A stretch of 64,000 nt of DNA, taken from NCBI GenBank assembly GCA_900539605.1, contig UQCS01000001.1:17169-81168 (forward strand), in the 5' to 3' direction. Each line of letters begins with the position of its first letter. The first letter of the stretch is position 1. Shown piece after piece: positions 31,289 through 39,621 of this stretch. The DNA is from an uncultured Azospirillum sp. GTDB taxonomy: Bacteria > Pseudomonadota > Alphaproteobacteria > RF32 > CAG-239. The position numbers and the translations under genes were made by a program. The notes beneath the pieces are model-generated. The model made no database searches, was not told the DNA's origin, and saw only the letters and a list, made by a program, of their open reading frames with translations.

Positions 31289-31315
31289 TCTTTTTTATGT
31301 AAGGAAGCAAGAATT

Positions 31316-32407
31316 GTGGATATACCTACCTGCCGAGTATTATCACTCTGTTCCGAGGTCGGAGGCCTTAACCTTGGACTTAAACTCGCAATGCCAACTA
31401 GCCGAACAGTCGCTTATATGGAGATCGAAGCCTATGCGTGCGAAATTCTGGTTAAACGCATGCAAGAAAAAATCTTGGATCCGGCACCTCTTTGGTCAGA
31501 TATCAAATCCTTCGATGGCAAACCATGGCGTGGAAAAGTGGATCTCATCACTGGCGGATATCCATGCCAGCCGTTTTCAGTTGCAGGAAAGAAACTCGGA
31601 GACAAAGACCCCAGACATCTCTGGCCCCACGTGCGAAGAATTGTTTCCGAAATTGAGCCAGCTCTCTGTTTCTTTGAAAATGTCGGAGGACATCTACAGC
31701 TGGGCTTTGAACAAGTCCACAATGACCTACAAAGACTGGGTTATAAAGTTAAGGCAGGCTTGTTCTCTGCGGAAGAAGTCGGTGCTCCGCATCGCCGTGA
31801 GCGCCTCTTTATCTTGGCCTACCGTAATGACGGCAGATGCAACAGTAGCGGAAACGATAACACCGAACGACAAGTATGTCCAAACCAAGAACGGTACTCT
31901 GCGCCGATACATCAAGAGCGGACACAACTGCAGTCTGGGATTAGCGAGAACGGCACGTCTCTGGCCGACGGTTTTGGTATCGGAAGCCAATGGCGCATCT
32001 CTCAAAAAAGTTCAGACCGGATATTCTCGGAGCCGTCTAAAAGAGGAAGTTTTGTTGTGGAAACAGCCGTTGAGATGGCGGACACCGAATGCCTCGGATG
32101 CCGAAGGCGGCGTGATGGAAATCAGAACGGAAACCTCTGCCTGGATCAAACTTCGCGATCATTCCGTACATGTAGCAAATTGCCTCTTTGGCCCCCCAGA
32201 CCAAATGACTTTGATGACTGGCGAAATATCCCGGAGAACCTTAAACCCGCGGTTTACCGAATGGCTGATGGGCTGGCCGACCGGGTGGACAGAGTTAGAG
32301 CCTGCGGCAACGGCGTGGTGCCTCTGGTGGCGGCGTATGCGTTTACAGTTCTTACGTCTAACCTTGAATTTACAACAACAGGTATCTTAAATGAACGAGA
32401 AAGTTAA
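31316..32407 (+). CDS. Phage-type DNA (cytosine-5)-methyltransferase; conserved motifs split between two overlapping open frames (possible frameshifts)
   Basis: Frame +2: motif I LSLCSEVGGLNLGL, IV GGYPCQPFS, VI ENV, VIII VGAPHRRERLFILA, X GNGVVPLVAAYA. Frame +0: WPTV / WRTPNASDAEGG and NPRFTEWLMGWPTGWT. RBS AAGGAAG 8 nt before GTG 31316. Confidence 0.7.
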   Translation: MDIPTCRVLSLCSEVGGLNLGLKLAMPTSRTVAYMEIEAYACEILVKRMQEKILDPAPLWSDIKSFDGKPWRGKVDLITGGYPCQPFSVAGKKLGDKDPRHLWPHVRRIVSEIEPALCFFENVGGHLQLGFEQVHNDLQRLGYKVKAGLFSAEEVGAPHRRERLFILAYRNDGRCNSSGNDNTERQVCPNQERYSAPIHQERTQLQSGISENGTSLADGFGIGSQWRISQKSSDRIFSEPSKRGSFVVETAVEMADTECLGCRRRRDGNQNGNLCLDQTSRSFRTCSKLPLWPPRPNDFDDWRNIPENLKPAVYRMADGLADRVDRVRACGNGVVPLVAAYAFTVLTSNLEFTTTGILNERES

Positions 32408-33722
32408 ATTAAAAGTTGAATATGTAAAGCTGGAAGAACTCATTCCTTTCGAGTTGAATGCCAGAACACACTCTAAGGAACAGGTCGGACAGATTGTCAA
32501 TTCCATCGGAGAGTTTGACTTCGTCAATCCTATTCTGGTCGGCGTCGACAATATGATTATTGCCGGTCATGGGCGCTTGTTGGCAGCGAAAAAAGCTGGA
32601 TTGGAAACGGTTCCGATCATCCGGCTCCCGCATCTTGACTATAACCAGTGCATGGCTTTGTCTCTGGCTGATAATAAAATTGCCGAAAATGCTGGTTGGG
32701 ATGAAGATAAAATCGTTGAAATTCTCGGAAAACTTGAGGATGCACATTTCAACATTGATATTTTGGGCTTTTCCAACAAAGAGCTTGAAAATTACCGTGA
32801 TGAATTTGAAACCAACGATGAAGACCTCGAGTTTGAAAACGAAGTCCCTGATTTTGTGGAAAAACCGGTTGCCAGGCGCGGCGATGTTTGGATTTTAGGC
32901 GACCACCGATTGTTATGCGGCGACGCAACAAGTCAGACAGATGTTGAAAAGGTTATGGACGGCGAAAAAGCCCAGATGGTTTTCACCGATCCGCTGTATA
33001 ATGTGAATTACGGCAATGCTTTGCGAGACAAACTGGCAGGAAAGGAAGGCGAGCGTTCAATTCTAAACGACAATCTTGGTGAGGGTTTCCCTGCTTTTCT
33101 GTATGATTTCTGCTGTAATATCTTAGAAGTCAATGTTGGTTCCTTTTATATTTGTATGGGCGGGTCGGAGTTGCATACTCTATACCAAGCCTTTACGGCT
33201 GCGGGCGGCAAATGGGAAGCCTACATCGTCTGGGTTAAAGACAAATTCACGCTTTCACGTTCCAAGCATCAACATCAGCACGAATGGATTTTGTTCGGCA
33301 ATCCTTACGAAGAACAGCATGAAGAAATCCTGTTGGGTGCGAAACCCGGTACGGCTCCGGCTTGCTATGGCGGACGCAACCAAACAGATGTCTGGGAATT
33401 TCCCCGACCGCAGAAAAGCGCACTGCATCCAACAATGAAGCCTATCGCACTGGTTGAAAGAGCCATCCGCAATTCCAGCAGGGTAACAGATATTGTCTTG
33501 GATACCTTCGGTGGCAGCGGTTCAACGCTGATTGCCTGTGAAAAAAGTGGCCGGCGCTGCCGGATGATTGAACTCGATGAGAAATATGTCGATGTTATTA
33601 TTAAACGCTGGGAGGAATATTCCCGAAAAAAAGCCGTTCATGAACAAACCGGCAAAAGTTATGATGCCCTCAAAATTGAAAGAGAAAAGGAAGAAACACT
33701 CACAGAAAAAGCTCCGAAATAA
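32391..33722 (+). CDS. ParB-like nuclease domain fused to N6A/N4C DNA methyltransferase
   Basis: N-terminal ParB domain (NPILVGVDNMIIAGHGRLLAAKKAG); MTase motif IV-like TDPLYN; motif I FGGSGSTLIACEKSGRRCRMIELDEKY. Confidence 0.85.
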   Translation: MNEKVKLKVEYVKLEELIPFELNARTHSKEQVGQIVNSIGEFDFVNPILVGVDNMIIAGHGRLLAAKKAGLETVPIIRLPHLDYNQCMALSLADNKIAENAGWDEDKIVEILGKLEDAHFNIDILGFSNKELENYRDEFETNDEDLEFENEVPDFVEKPVARRGDVWILGDHRLLCGDATSQTDVEKVMDGEKAQMVFTDPLYNVNYGNALRDKLAGKEGERSILNDNLGEGFPAFLYDFCCNILEVNVGSFYICMGGSELHTLYQAFTAAGGKWEAYIVWVKDKFTLSRSKHQHQHEWILFGNPYEEQHEEILLGAKPGTAPACYGGRNQTDVWEFPRPQKSALHPTMKPIALVERAIRNSSRVTDIVLDTFGGSGSTLIACEKSGRRCRMIELDEKYVDVIIKRWEEYSRKKAVHEQTGKSYDALKIEREKEETLTEKAPK

Positions 33723-33746
33723 TATGGAGCCTTACTTTTTTACAGG

Positions 33747-34559
33747 ATGACAATGAAATTCTTGGCTTGGTTTAGTTGTGGGGTTACGTCAGCAGTTACC
33801 TGTAAACTGGCGGTTGATAAATACGGCGATGATGTCGATATCTGGTATATTGAAACCGGTGCGGCACATCCAGACAATCACCGATTTATTGAAGATTGCG
33901 AAAACTGGTATGGCAGAAAAATTCTGACGGCTCAACATTCTAAATTTAAGAATCCTTTGGAAATTGCTGCCGTTGAAGTTTTTAATACACCGTGGGGTGC
34001 CCCCTGCACTAAATATTTAAAGAAGGAAGTCCGCCAAAGAATCGAAAAAGATTACTCTGAACCAATCCACATATTTGGCTTTGAGTATAATAAAAAAGAA
34101 ATTAACCGGGCCTTTCGGTGGAAGCAGCAGAATTCCTCAAGAGTTTATTTCCCGCTTATTGAACAAGGGTGGAACAAACGGCGTTGTCTGCAGGAGCTTT
34201 TGCTTAACAAGATCGAAATCCCTGCCATGTACCTGCTCGGATACAATAACAACAACTGTATCGGCTGTTTTAAAGGTGGCAAAGGGTACTGGAACAAAAT
34301 ACGGACAGATTTCCCGGACATTTTCAGACAAACTGCAGAGTTGGAACTAAAAACAAAACATACCTGCCTCAAAGATCGTGGCAAACAACTCTATCTGGCT
34401 GAATTAGAACCAGATGCAGGTAAACACCAAAACATTGACATTCCCGAATGCGGAATATTTTGTGAGCTTGAAATGGCCGGATTGCCAATCAAAGATATTA
34501 ACGAAATTTTAGAATTCATAAAATTTAACCCGGAAAAACTAATGAATACAGCAAAATAA
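33747..34559 (+). CDS. PAPS-reductase-like PP-loop family protein (phage-type)
   Basis: N-terminal AWFSCGVTSAV resembles a PP-loop; C-terminal CIGCF Cys pair; commonly next to ParB-MTase in prophages. Confidence 0.55.
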   Translation: MTMKFLAWFSCGVTSAVTCKLAVDKYGDDVDIWYIETGAAHPDNHRFIEDCENWYGRKILTAQHSKFKNPLEIAAVEVFNTPWGAPCTKYLKKEVRQRIEKDYSEPIHIFGFEYNKKEINRAFRWKQQNSSRVYFPLIEQGWNKRRCLQELLLNKIEIPAMYLLGYNNNNCIGCFKGGKGYWNKIRTDFPDIFRQTAELELKTKHTCLKDRGKQLYLAELEPDAGKHQNIDIPECGIFCELEMAGLPIKDINEILEFIKFNPEKLMNTAK

Positions 34560-34584
34560 ACTGCGATAAACAAATGATGAAAAC

Positions 34585-34815
34585 ATGGAAATTTCAATCA
34601 GAGCTTATGCTGCCCGCAAAGGTGTCTCCGATACCGCTGTTCGCAAGGCAATCAAATCCGGGCGGATAACGCTCACTAAAAACGGGAAAATCAATCCGGC
34701 ATTGACTGACCGCCAATGGGAAGCCAACACAGACCCCGCTCAGGTATATGCTATTAAAGAGGATGCGTCGGCACGAACCGCTTCTCCGGGACCTGCATCA
34801 TCGGCACCGCCGTGA
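34585..34815 (+). CDS. Small HTH protein, possibly a truncated terminase small subunit / excisionase-like stub
   Basis: ISIRAYAARKGVSDTAVRKAIKSGRI looks like an HTH; the 3' end runs antisense into the RTX-like repeat, so it is probably truncated. Confidence 0.35.
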   Translation: MEISIRAYAARKGVSDTAVRKAIKSGRITLTKNGKINPALTDRQWEANTDPAQVYAIKEDASARTASPGPASSAPP

Positions 34816-35006
34816 ACAATATCTTTTCCGATGCCTCCAATATATCTGTCATTTCCGCCAGTATATTCATCAGAACCGGCTCCGAGATAGACAGTATTAT
34901 AACCGCTTCCAGATACAATATCTTTACCAATACCGCCGATATAACGATTTTGACCACCTCCGAGACTTACATTATTTACATCTGTTGAAGAATCCGTCAT
35001 TCCCAT
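34740..35006 (-). CDS. RTX-nonapeptide-like glycine-rich micro-ORF (88 aa)
   Basis: GGIGKDIV matches the GGXGXDXUX calcium-binding nonapeptide, repeated every 33 aa. Confidence 0.3.
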   Translation of the reverse strand: MGMTDSSTDVNNVSLGGGQNRYIGGIGKDIVSGSGYNTVYLGAGSDEYTGGNDRYIGGIGKDIVHGGADDAGPGEAVRADASSLIAYT

Positions 35007-35013
35007 TGATCAG
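34817..35013. repeat. Two copies of a 99-bp imperfect tandem repeat (encodes the RTX-like repeat)
   Basis: Units start at 34817 and 34916 (caatatctttt/accg...). Confidence 0.6.
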
Positions 35014-35179
35014 CGCCTATCACCTTTTGCTTTTGATGAGAGAATATGATTTTATTAAGGAAATAGTGGATGAGATGGTTATACAATGAGAAACGGCTGG
35101 AAAATACCAGAATCTGCTTGAAAAACAGAATAATCACGGTAAAATTGATTAAATTTAGCTGAATTTAATATGAAAGTCT

Positions 35180-37951
35180 ATGAACGAAAACAATAAAATA
35201 ATTGCAAATGCTCTTTCTTTGCGAACACCGCAGAGGAAAAGCCTTGATTTGCTTGAGCAAATTGTACAAAAGATTGCTCTGAAACCGGATGCCGACCTCA
35301 AGGAAGCCTTGGCAGCCATTCATGAAGTTGTGCCTAAGATAGAGGATTTTGAACGAAAATTTCCTTCTGTTTGTTTTGCTCTGGCAACCGGTGTCGGCAA
35401 AACCCGCCTCATGGGAGCGTTTATCGCTTATCTACATTTGGAAAAAGGAATCAAGAACTTTTTTGTTTTGGCTCCCAACTTGACTATTTACAATAAACTC
35501 ATTGCCGATTTTACACCGAATACTCCGAAATATGTCTTTCCGGGAATTCAGGAATTTGTAATGAACCAGCCGCAGGTTATTACCGGCGAGACCTACTTGC
35601 AAGTTGGCGACCTGTTGGATAAAGCCAATCAAGAGCGGGTTAAAATCAATATTTTCAATATTTCAAAAATAAATTCTGACAAAGATAGCCGCGGAACCCC
35701 CAGAGTACGTGCCTTTTCGGAATACCTCGGACAGTCATATTTTGATTATCTGTCCAGTCTTGATGACTTGGTCATTGTTATGGACGAAGCACACCGGTAC
35801 CGGGCAAGTGCCGGAATGAAAGCTATCAACGAGTTAAAGCCTGTTTTAGGCTTGGAGTTAACGGCAACACCGAAATCTACCGGCTCTAAAGGACAAAGAT
35901 TTAAGAATATCGTTTATGAATATTCATTGGCAGAAGCGATCCGTGACGGATATGTGAAGAAACCGGCCATTGTCGGGCGTTCCAATTTTGATACCGACCG
36001 TTATACTGAAGAAGCGATCAATGAAATTAAAATCAAAGACGGTTTACAAATCCATGAAACGATTAAGGCTGAGTTGGAAGTTTATTCGGCCAACCACAAT
36101 GTTCGCAAAGTCAAACCTTTTGCGCTTATTATTGCCCGAAACATTGAACATGCGCGTGAACTTAAGACCTTAATAGATAACGATGACTTTGAGGACGGAC
36201 GTTATAAAGGAAAAGTGATTGAAGTAGATTCCCAGGCCAGCGGCGCAGAAAAAGATGAAACGATTGAAAAACTGCTGCGGGTCGAAAAATATGACGAACC
36301 AACGGAAGTTGTCATTCACGTTGATATGCTGAAAGAAGGCTGGGACGTCAATAACCTTTGCACAATCATTCCGCTTAAGGCAGCTGATTCCAAGATATTG
36401 GTGGAACAGTCCATTGGTCGCGGATTGCGTCTGCCGTTTGGCGAATGTACCGGAGTTGATGCGATTGACCGGCTGAATATCATTGCCCATGACAAATTCC
36501 AGGCAATTGTCAAAGCAGCGGAAGACCAGCAGTTTGAATTCCAGAAAATACAATTGGAAGAAGATACTGCGACAGGAAAAGTCAAGGCTGTTGACAATGT
36601 TTCCCTTTTGGAACAGCAAATAACCCGGATTATTTCCGAACAAATCGTTTCTCCGGCAGAGAAAAAGACGAGCGAATCTGCCATAGAAGCTAAAAAAGCT
36701 ACGCTGGAAACAGCTCCAATTCAACCGGCCTTGGATGTTTACAAATCTAACAAAGTCAATGAAATTGCCTCAGCAACACTGGATGTTATTGAGGATTTCG
36801 GGAAAAAAGTCAGTTCGTCCAAGGAATTGGCCAAACCCGAGAATAAGGCTCAACTGGTAGAAGGAGTCAAAGCTGTCCTTGCCGCAAAGACAACTGAACC
36901 ATCCCTGCAGTTTGACACAGAACAGGTAGACATTGATAAAACGGTCGATGCCGTGGTGGAACAATTTATCAATTTCAATATAGATATTCCAAAAGTAATT
37001 GTCAGTTTCAAATTTAAGGAACCGGGGTTTACTTTCGGACATTTTGATGCGGACGTTAGTAAATTTGCAGAATTAAAGGCAATTACACAAAAAATTCTGG
37101 TAAAAGACCTTGTCTCCGGCAAAAGAGAAGAAAAAGGCGTGGCTAAATTTCAAAAGCTCTATGATAACCTTGAAGACTATGTTCTTGAACCGTTATTAAA
37201 CAATCTGGAAGTTAACTACGATACTGAGAGTGATTTACTGTACCACCTTATAGGACAGGTAATTGAGTATCTTCGCGGTTATGCTGAGGATGAGGAAGAA
37301 CTGGAAAAAGTCCTGTTCTTTAACGGGCAATACATCTCCGATGAACTGTTAGCCCAGATGAAACAGCACTTGATTCCGGGAGAATGCGAGGTTGCGACCA
37401 CTGTCGGCAGCGCATATGCATCCCTCAGAACTTATAAAATTATTGAAAATGAACAGTTTCCGGCAGTTTCTTTCCGTAATAAGCCTCAGGATAAAACCAA
37501 GATTAAATCAATGGTGTTTGAAGGCTTTGATAAATGCCTGTTTCCTAAACAGAAATTCGACAGCGATACGGAACGACAGCTGGCCTGTCTCCTGGAAGAT
37601 ACGCCGGATGTCCTTAAATGGCTGAAACTCAACGATGACCGGGCAAAATCAATTTTCACCCTGCGTTATACTGACCCTGATACCCGGGAAGTAAAAGGGT
37701 ATTATCCGGACTTTGTTATTGAAACGACTGATGCCAAATACATTGTTGAAACTAAGGCCCGCAATAAAATGAGCGATGCGGCAGTCTTGGCCAAGGCAAA
37801 AGTTGCCAAACAGTGGTGTCAGACGGCAAACGATTTTGAAACCAGATATCGCGGAAAAAATTGGATATATTTGCTTGTCCCTGACGATATGCTGTTTGAT
37901 GCTACGCTGACATTTGAAAAATTAACCAGTATTTGTATTGTGAGAGAATGA
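35180..37951 (+). CDS. Type III restriction enzyme Res-like subunit (SF2 DEAH helicase + C-terminal PD-(D/E)xK nuclease)
   Basis: Motif I ALATGVGKT; motif II VIVMDEAHRY; motif III ELTATPK; motif VI QSIGRGLRLP; C-terminal YYPDFVIETTDAKYIVETKARNK. Confidence 0.8.
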   Translation: MNENNKIIANALSLRTPQRKSLDLLEQIVQKIALKPDADLKEALAAIHEVVPKIEDFERKFPSVCFALATGVGKTRLMGAFIAYLHLEKGIKNFFVLAPNLTIYNKLIADFTPNTPKYVFPGIQEFVMNQPQVITGETYLQVGDLLDKANQERVKINIFNISKINSDKDSRGTPRVRAFSEYLGQSYFDYLSSLDDLVIVMDEAHRYRASAGMKAINELKPVLGLELTATPKSTGSKGQRFKNIVYEYSLAEAIRDGYVKKPAIVGRSNFDTDRYTEEAINEIKIKDGLQIHETIKAELEVYSANHNVRKVKPFALIIARNIEHARELKTLIDNDDFEDGRYKGKVIEVDSQASGAEKDETIEKLLRVEKYDEPTEVVIHVDMLKEGWDVNNLCTIIPLKAADSKILVEQSIGRGLRLPFGECTGVDAIDRLNIIAHDKFQAIVKAAEDQQFEFQKIQLEEDTATGKVKAVDNVSLLEQQITRIISEQIVSPAEKKTSESAIEAKKATLETAPIQPALDVYKSNKVNEIASATLDVIEDFGKKVSSSKELAKPENKAQLVEGVKAVLAAKTTEPSLQFDTEQVDIDKTVDAVVEQFINFNIDIPKVIVSFKFKEPGFTFGHFDADVSKFAELKAITQKILVKDLVSGKREEKGVAKFQKLYDNLEDYVLEPLLNNLEVNYDTESDLLYHLIGQVIEYLRGYAEDEEELEKVLFFNGQYISDELLAQMKQHLIPGECEVATTVGSAYASLRTYKIIENEQFPAVSFRNKPQDKTKIKSMVFEGFDKCLFPKQKFDSDTERQLACLLEDTPDVLKWLKLNDDRAKSIFTLRYTDPDTREVKGYYPDFVIETTDAKYIVETKARNKMSDAAVLAKAKVAKQWCQTANDFETRYRGKNWIYLLVPDDMLFDATLTFEKLTSICIVRE

Positions 37952-38667
37952 TGGAGTTACCTGTAATTAATATTTATTGTGACGAATCTTGTCATTTAGA
38001 AAATGATAAGCACACTTCGATGGTTCTTGGAGGTGTATCTTGTCCGATCAGCAAGGTGAGAGATATTTCCGTAAGAATAAAGGAACTCAAAGAAAAATAT
38101 GGAATGTCTAAATATCGAGAAATTAAATGGGTTAAGGTTTCTCAGGGAAAAGCAGATTTCTATCATGAACTCATTGACATTTTTTTGACTAACGAATGTT
38201 TACGCTTTCGTGCAGTAAAAGTTAAAGATAAAAGCTGTCTCTCTCATGCTAAATTCCATCAAACCCATAATGAATGGTATTATAAAATGTACTACACCAT
38301 GCTTCGGCAGGTTATTCAGCCATATAAAAATTATAATATTTATCTGGATATTAAAGATACAGTTGGCGGAGAGCGGGTTGCAAAATTAAAAGAATTTTTA
38401 AACAATTTGAATCCAAATAAAAATACTAGTGAAATACTTAAAATCCAACAAATTCGTTCGTTTGAATCTGAAATTATTCAACTAGCAGATATATTAATTG
38501 GGGCTGTGGGATATCAGGATAGACTGCCTGAAATTAAAACAGCACCTAATGCAACGAAATTAAGTTTATGTAAAAAAATTGAAGAAGGTTTACAAATTAA
38601 TTTTAACAGGAAAACTCCTTATCTTAACTCAAAATTTAATTTATTGATTTGGGAAGGACAACAATGA
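37948..38667 (+). CDS. DUF3800-family protein
   Basis: N-terminal VINIYCDESCH matches the DUF3800 YxDES signature. ATG 37948 overlaps the Res stop TGA (ATGA coupling). Confidence 0.6.
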   Translation: MMELPVINIYCDESCHLENDKHTSMVLGGVSCPISKVRDISVRIKELKEKYGMSKYREIKWVKVSQGKADFYHELIDIFLTNECLRFRAVKVKDKSCLSHAKFHQTHNEWYYKMYYTMLRQVIQPYKNYNIYLDIKDTVGGERVAKLKEFLNNLNPNKNTSEILKIQQIRSFESEIIQLADILIGAVGYQDRLPEIKTAPNATKLSLCKKIEEGLQINFNRKTPYLNSKFNLLIWEGQQ

Positions 38668-39152
38668 GTCTGGTTCTCCCCGATTTAATAGATATTGACA
38701 TCAATAAATATACAGAAGAATTGGAAAATCTGTATAGAATTTATTTGGATGAATTATATATACCACAAATCGAAGTTTTAGGAAAACCCATAACCTGCCG
38801 TCAAAATCCTGAAGACGCTGGAAAACATGAGTGTTTTTGGCATTTGATAACCGAAGGGGATCCCGAGAGAACACCCGATTTTAATCGCATCAGGAGATTA
38901 CATTGGTGTGCTTATGTTCTTTTACACTATACTGACAGAGAAATAGTATGTTGGGAGAAAGAATGTACTACTCCTAAAGGTAAACAACGCAGAATTTTCT
39001 TTTGGCTTCCCAACGAAAAATATTATGTTATTCTTGGTGAAAATAGAGCAAAAACATCTTTCGAGTTAATCACAGCGTATTGTGTCAGCTATTACGGTAC
39101 ATTAAGATGCATTCAGAGAGATATGTCCTCTTGTCCTGATCCTAGGTTTTAA
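38664..39152 (+). CDS. Hypothetical Cys/His-rich protein (163 aa), coupled to the DUF3800 gene
   Basis: ATG 38664 overlaps the DUF3800 stop (ATGA); RBS ggaagg; residues KHECFWH, HWCAYVLLHY, CWEKEC suggest metal binding. Confidence 0.5.
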   Translation: MSLVLPDLIDIDINKYTEELENLYRIYLDELYIPQIEVLGKPITCRQNPEDAGKHECFWHLITEGDPERTPDFNRIRRLHWCAYVLLHYTDREIVCWEKECTTPKGKQRRIFFWLPNEKYYVILGENRAKTSFELITAYCVSYYGTLRCIQRDMSSCPDPRF

Positions 39153-39270
39153 AAAGCGGAGACCGCTCAAGAGAACGGTCCCGAAAATCCTTCTACAACA
39201 TGGTAGATGATCAATAACTGTATATTACATTTAGTATTATTCTTGTCAATATGTAATATTGCTATATCTT

Positions 39271-39315
39271 CTTAGTGACTGATGAATTTGAAATTCAAAT
39301 TCATCAGTCACTAAG
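39271..39315. repeat. 45-bp perfect palindrome (22-bp arms, 1-bp centre) CTTAGTGACTGATGAATTTGAA-A-TTCAAATTCATCAGTCACTAAG
   Basis: Verified base by base; no adjacent U-tract on either strand. Confidence 0.85.
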
Positions 39316-39555
39316 AAATTTCTACTATTACTGTGTAGTAATTTAACACATTTATTTTAATTTGTCAATACTACCGCGCTATTTTTCAACAATTTTTAAA
39401 TAAAAAAGAGGTAATGCAGTTGAAACCACCAGTAACGGTTTCTCAGCTGAACCTCTGTATGAGAGTAAAATACAGAAGCGATAAAATGTCAAGAACAGAT
39501 AAAAATAAAATAGAGAGATACTAATAAAATTCATTGTAATTGTTCTTTAGTTTTT

Positions 39556-39584
39556 TTGACTTTTTAGATTTCCTCCGATATAGT
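39556..39584 (+). promoter_or_regulatory. Putative sigma70 promoter of mod (TTGACT-17-TATAGT)
   Basis: Hexamers at 39556-39561 and 39579-39584; RBS gaggaaa; ATG 39622. Confidence 0.45.
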
Positions 39585-39621
39585 GCGTAAAAAGTAAAAT
39601 ATCCTAGTGTTGAGGAAATAA

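Noticed and set aside
31172-31315. N-terminal extension of the MTase ORF to ATG 31172
   Set aside because: The extension runs through the iteron-like repeat array. Motif I begins right after GTG 31316, which has a good RBS.
31314-32390. Separate 358-aa gene in frame +0 overlapping the C5 MTase
   Set aside because: Its N-terminal 160 aa are not protein-like and it shares the RBS and start region with the frame +2 ORF. I treat it as the alternate frame of one frameshifted MTase, not an independent gene.
36170-37122. Several minus-strand ORFs (90-184 aa) inside res
   Set aside because: Antisense of the Res gene, which has clear helicase motifs.
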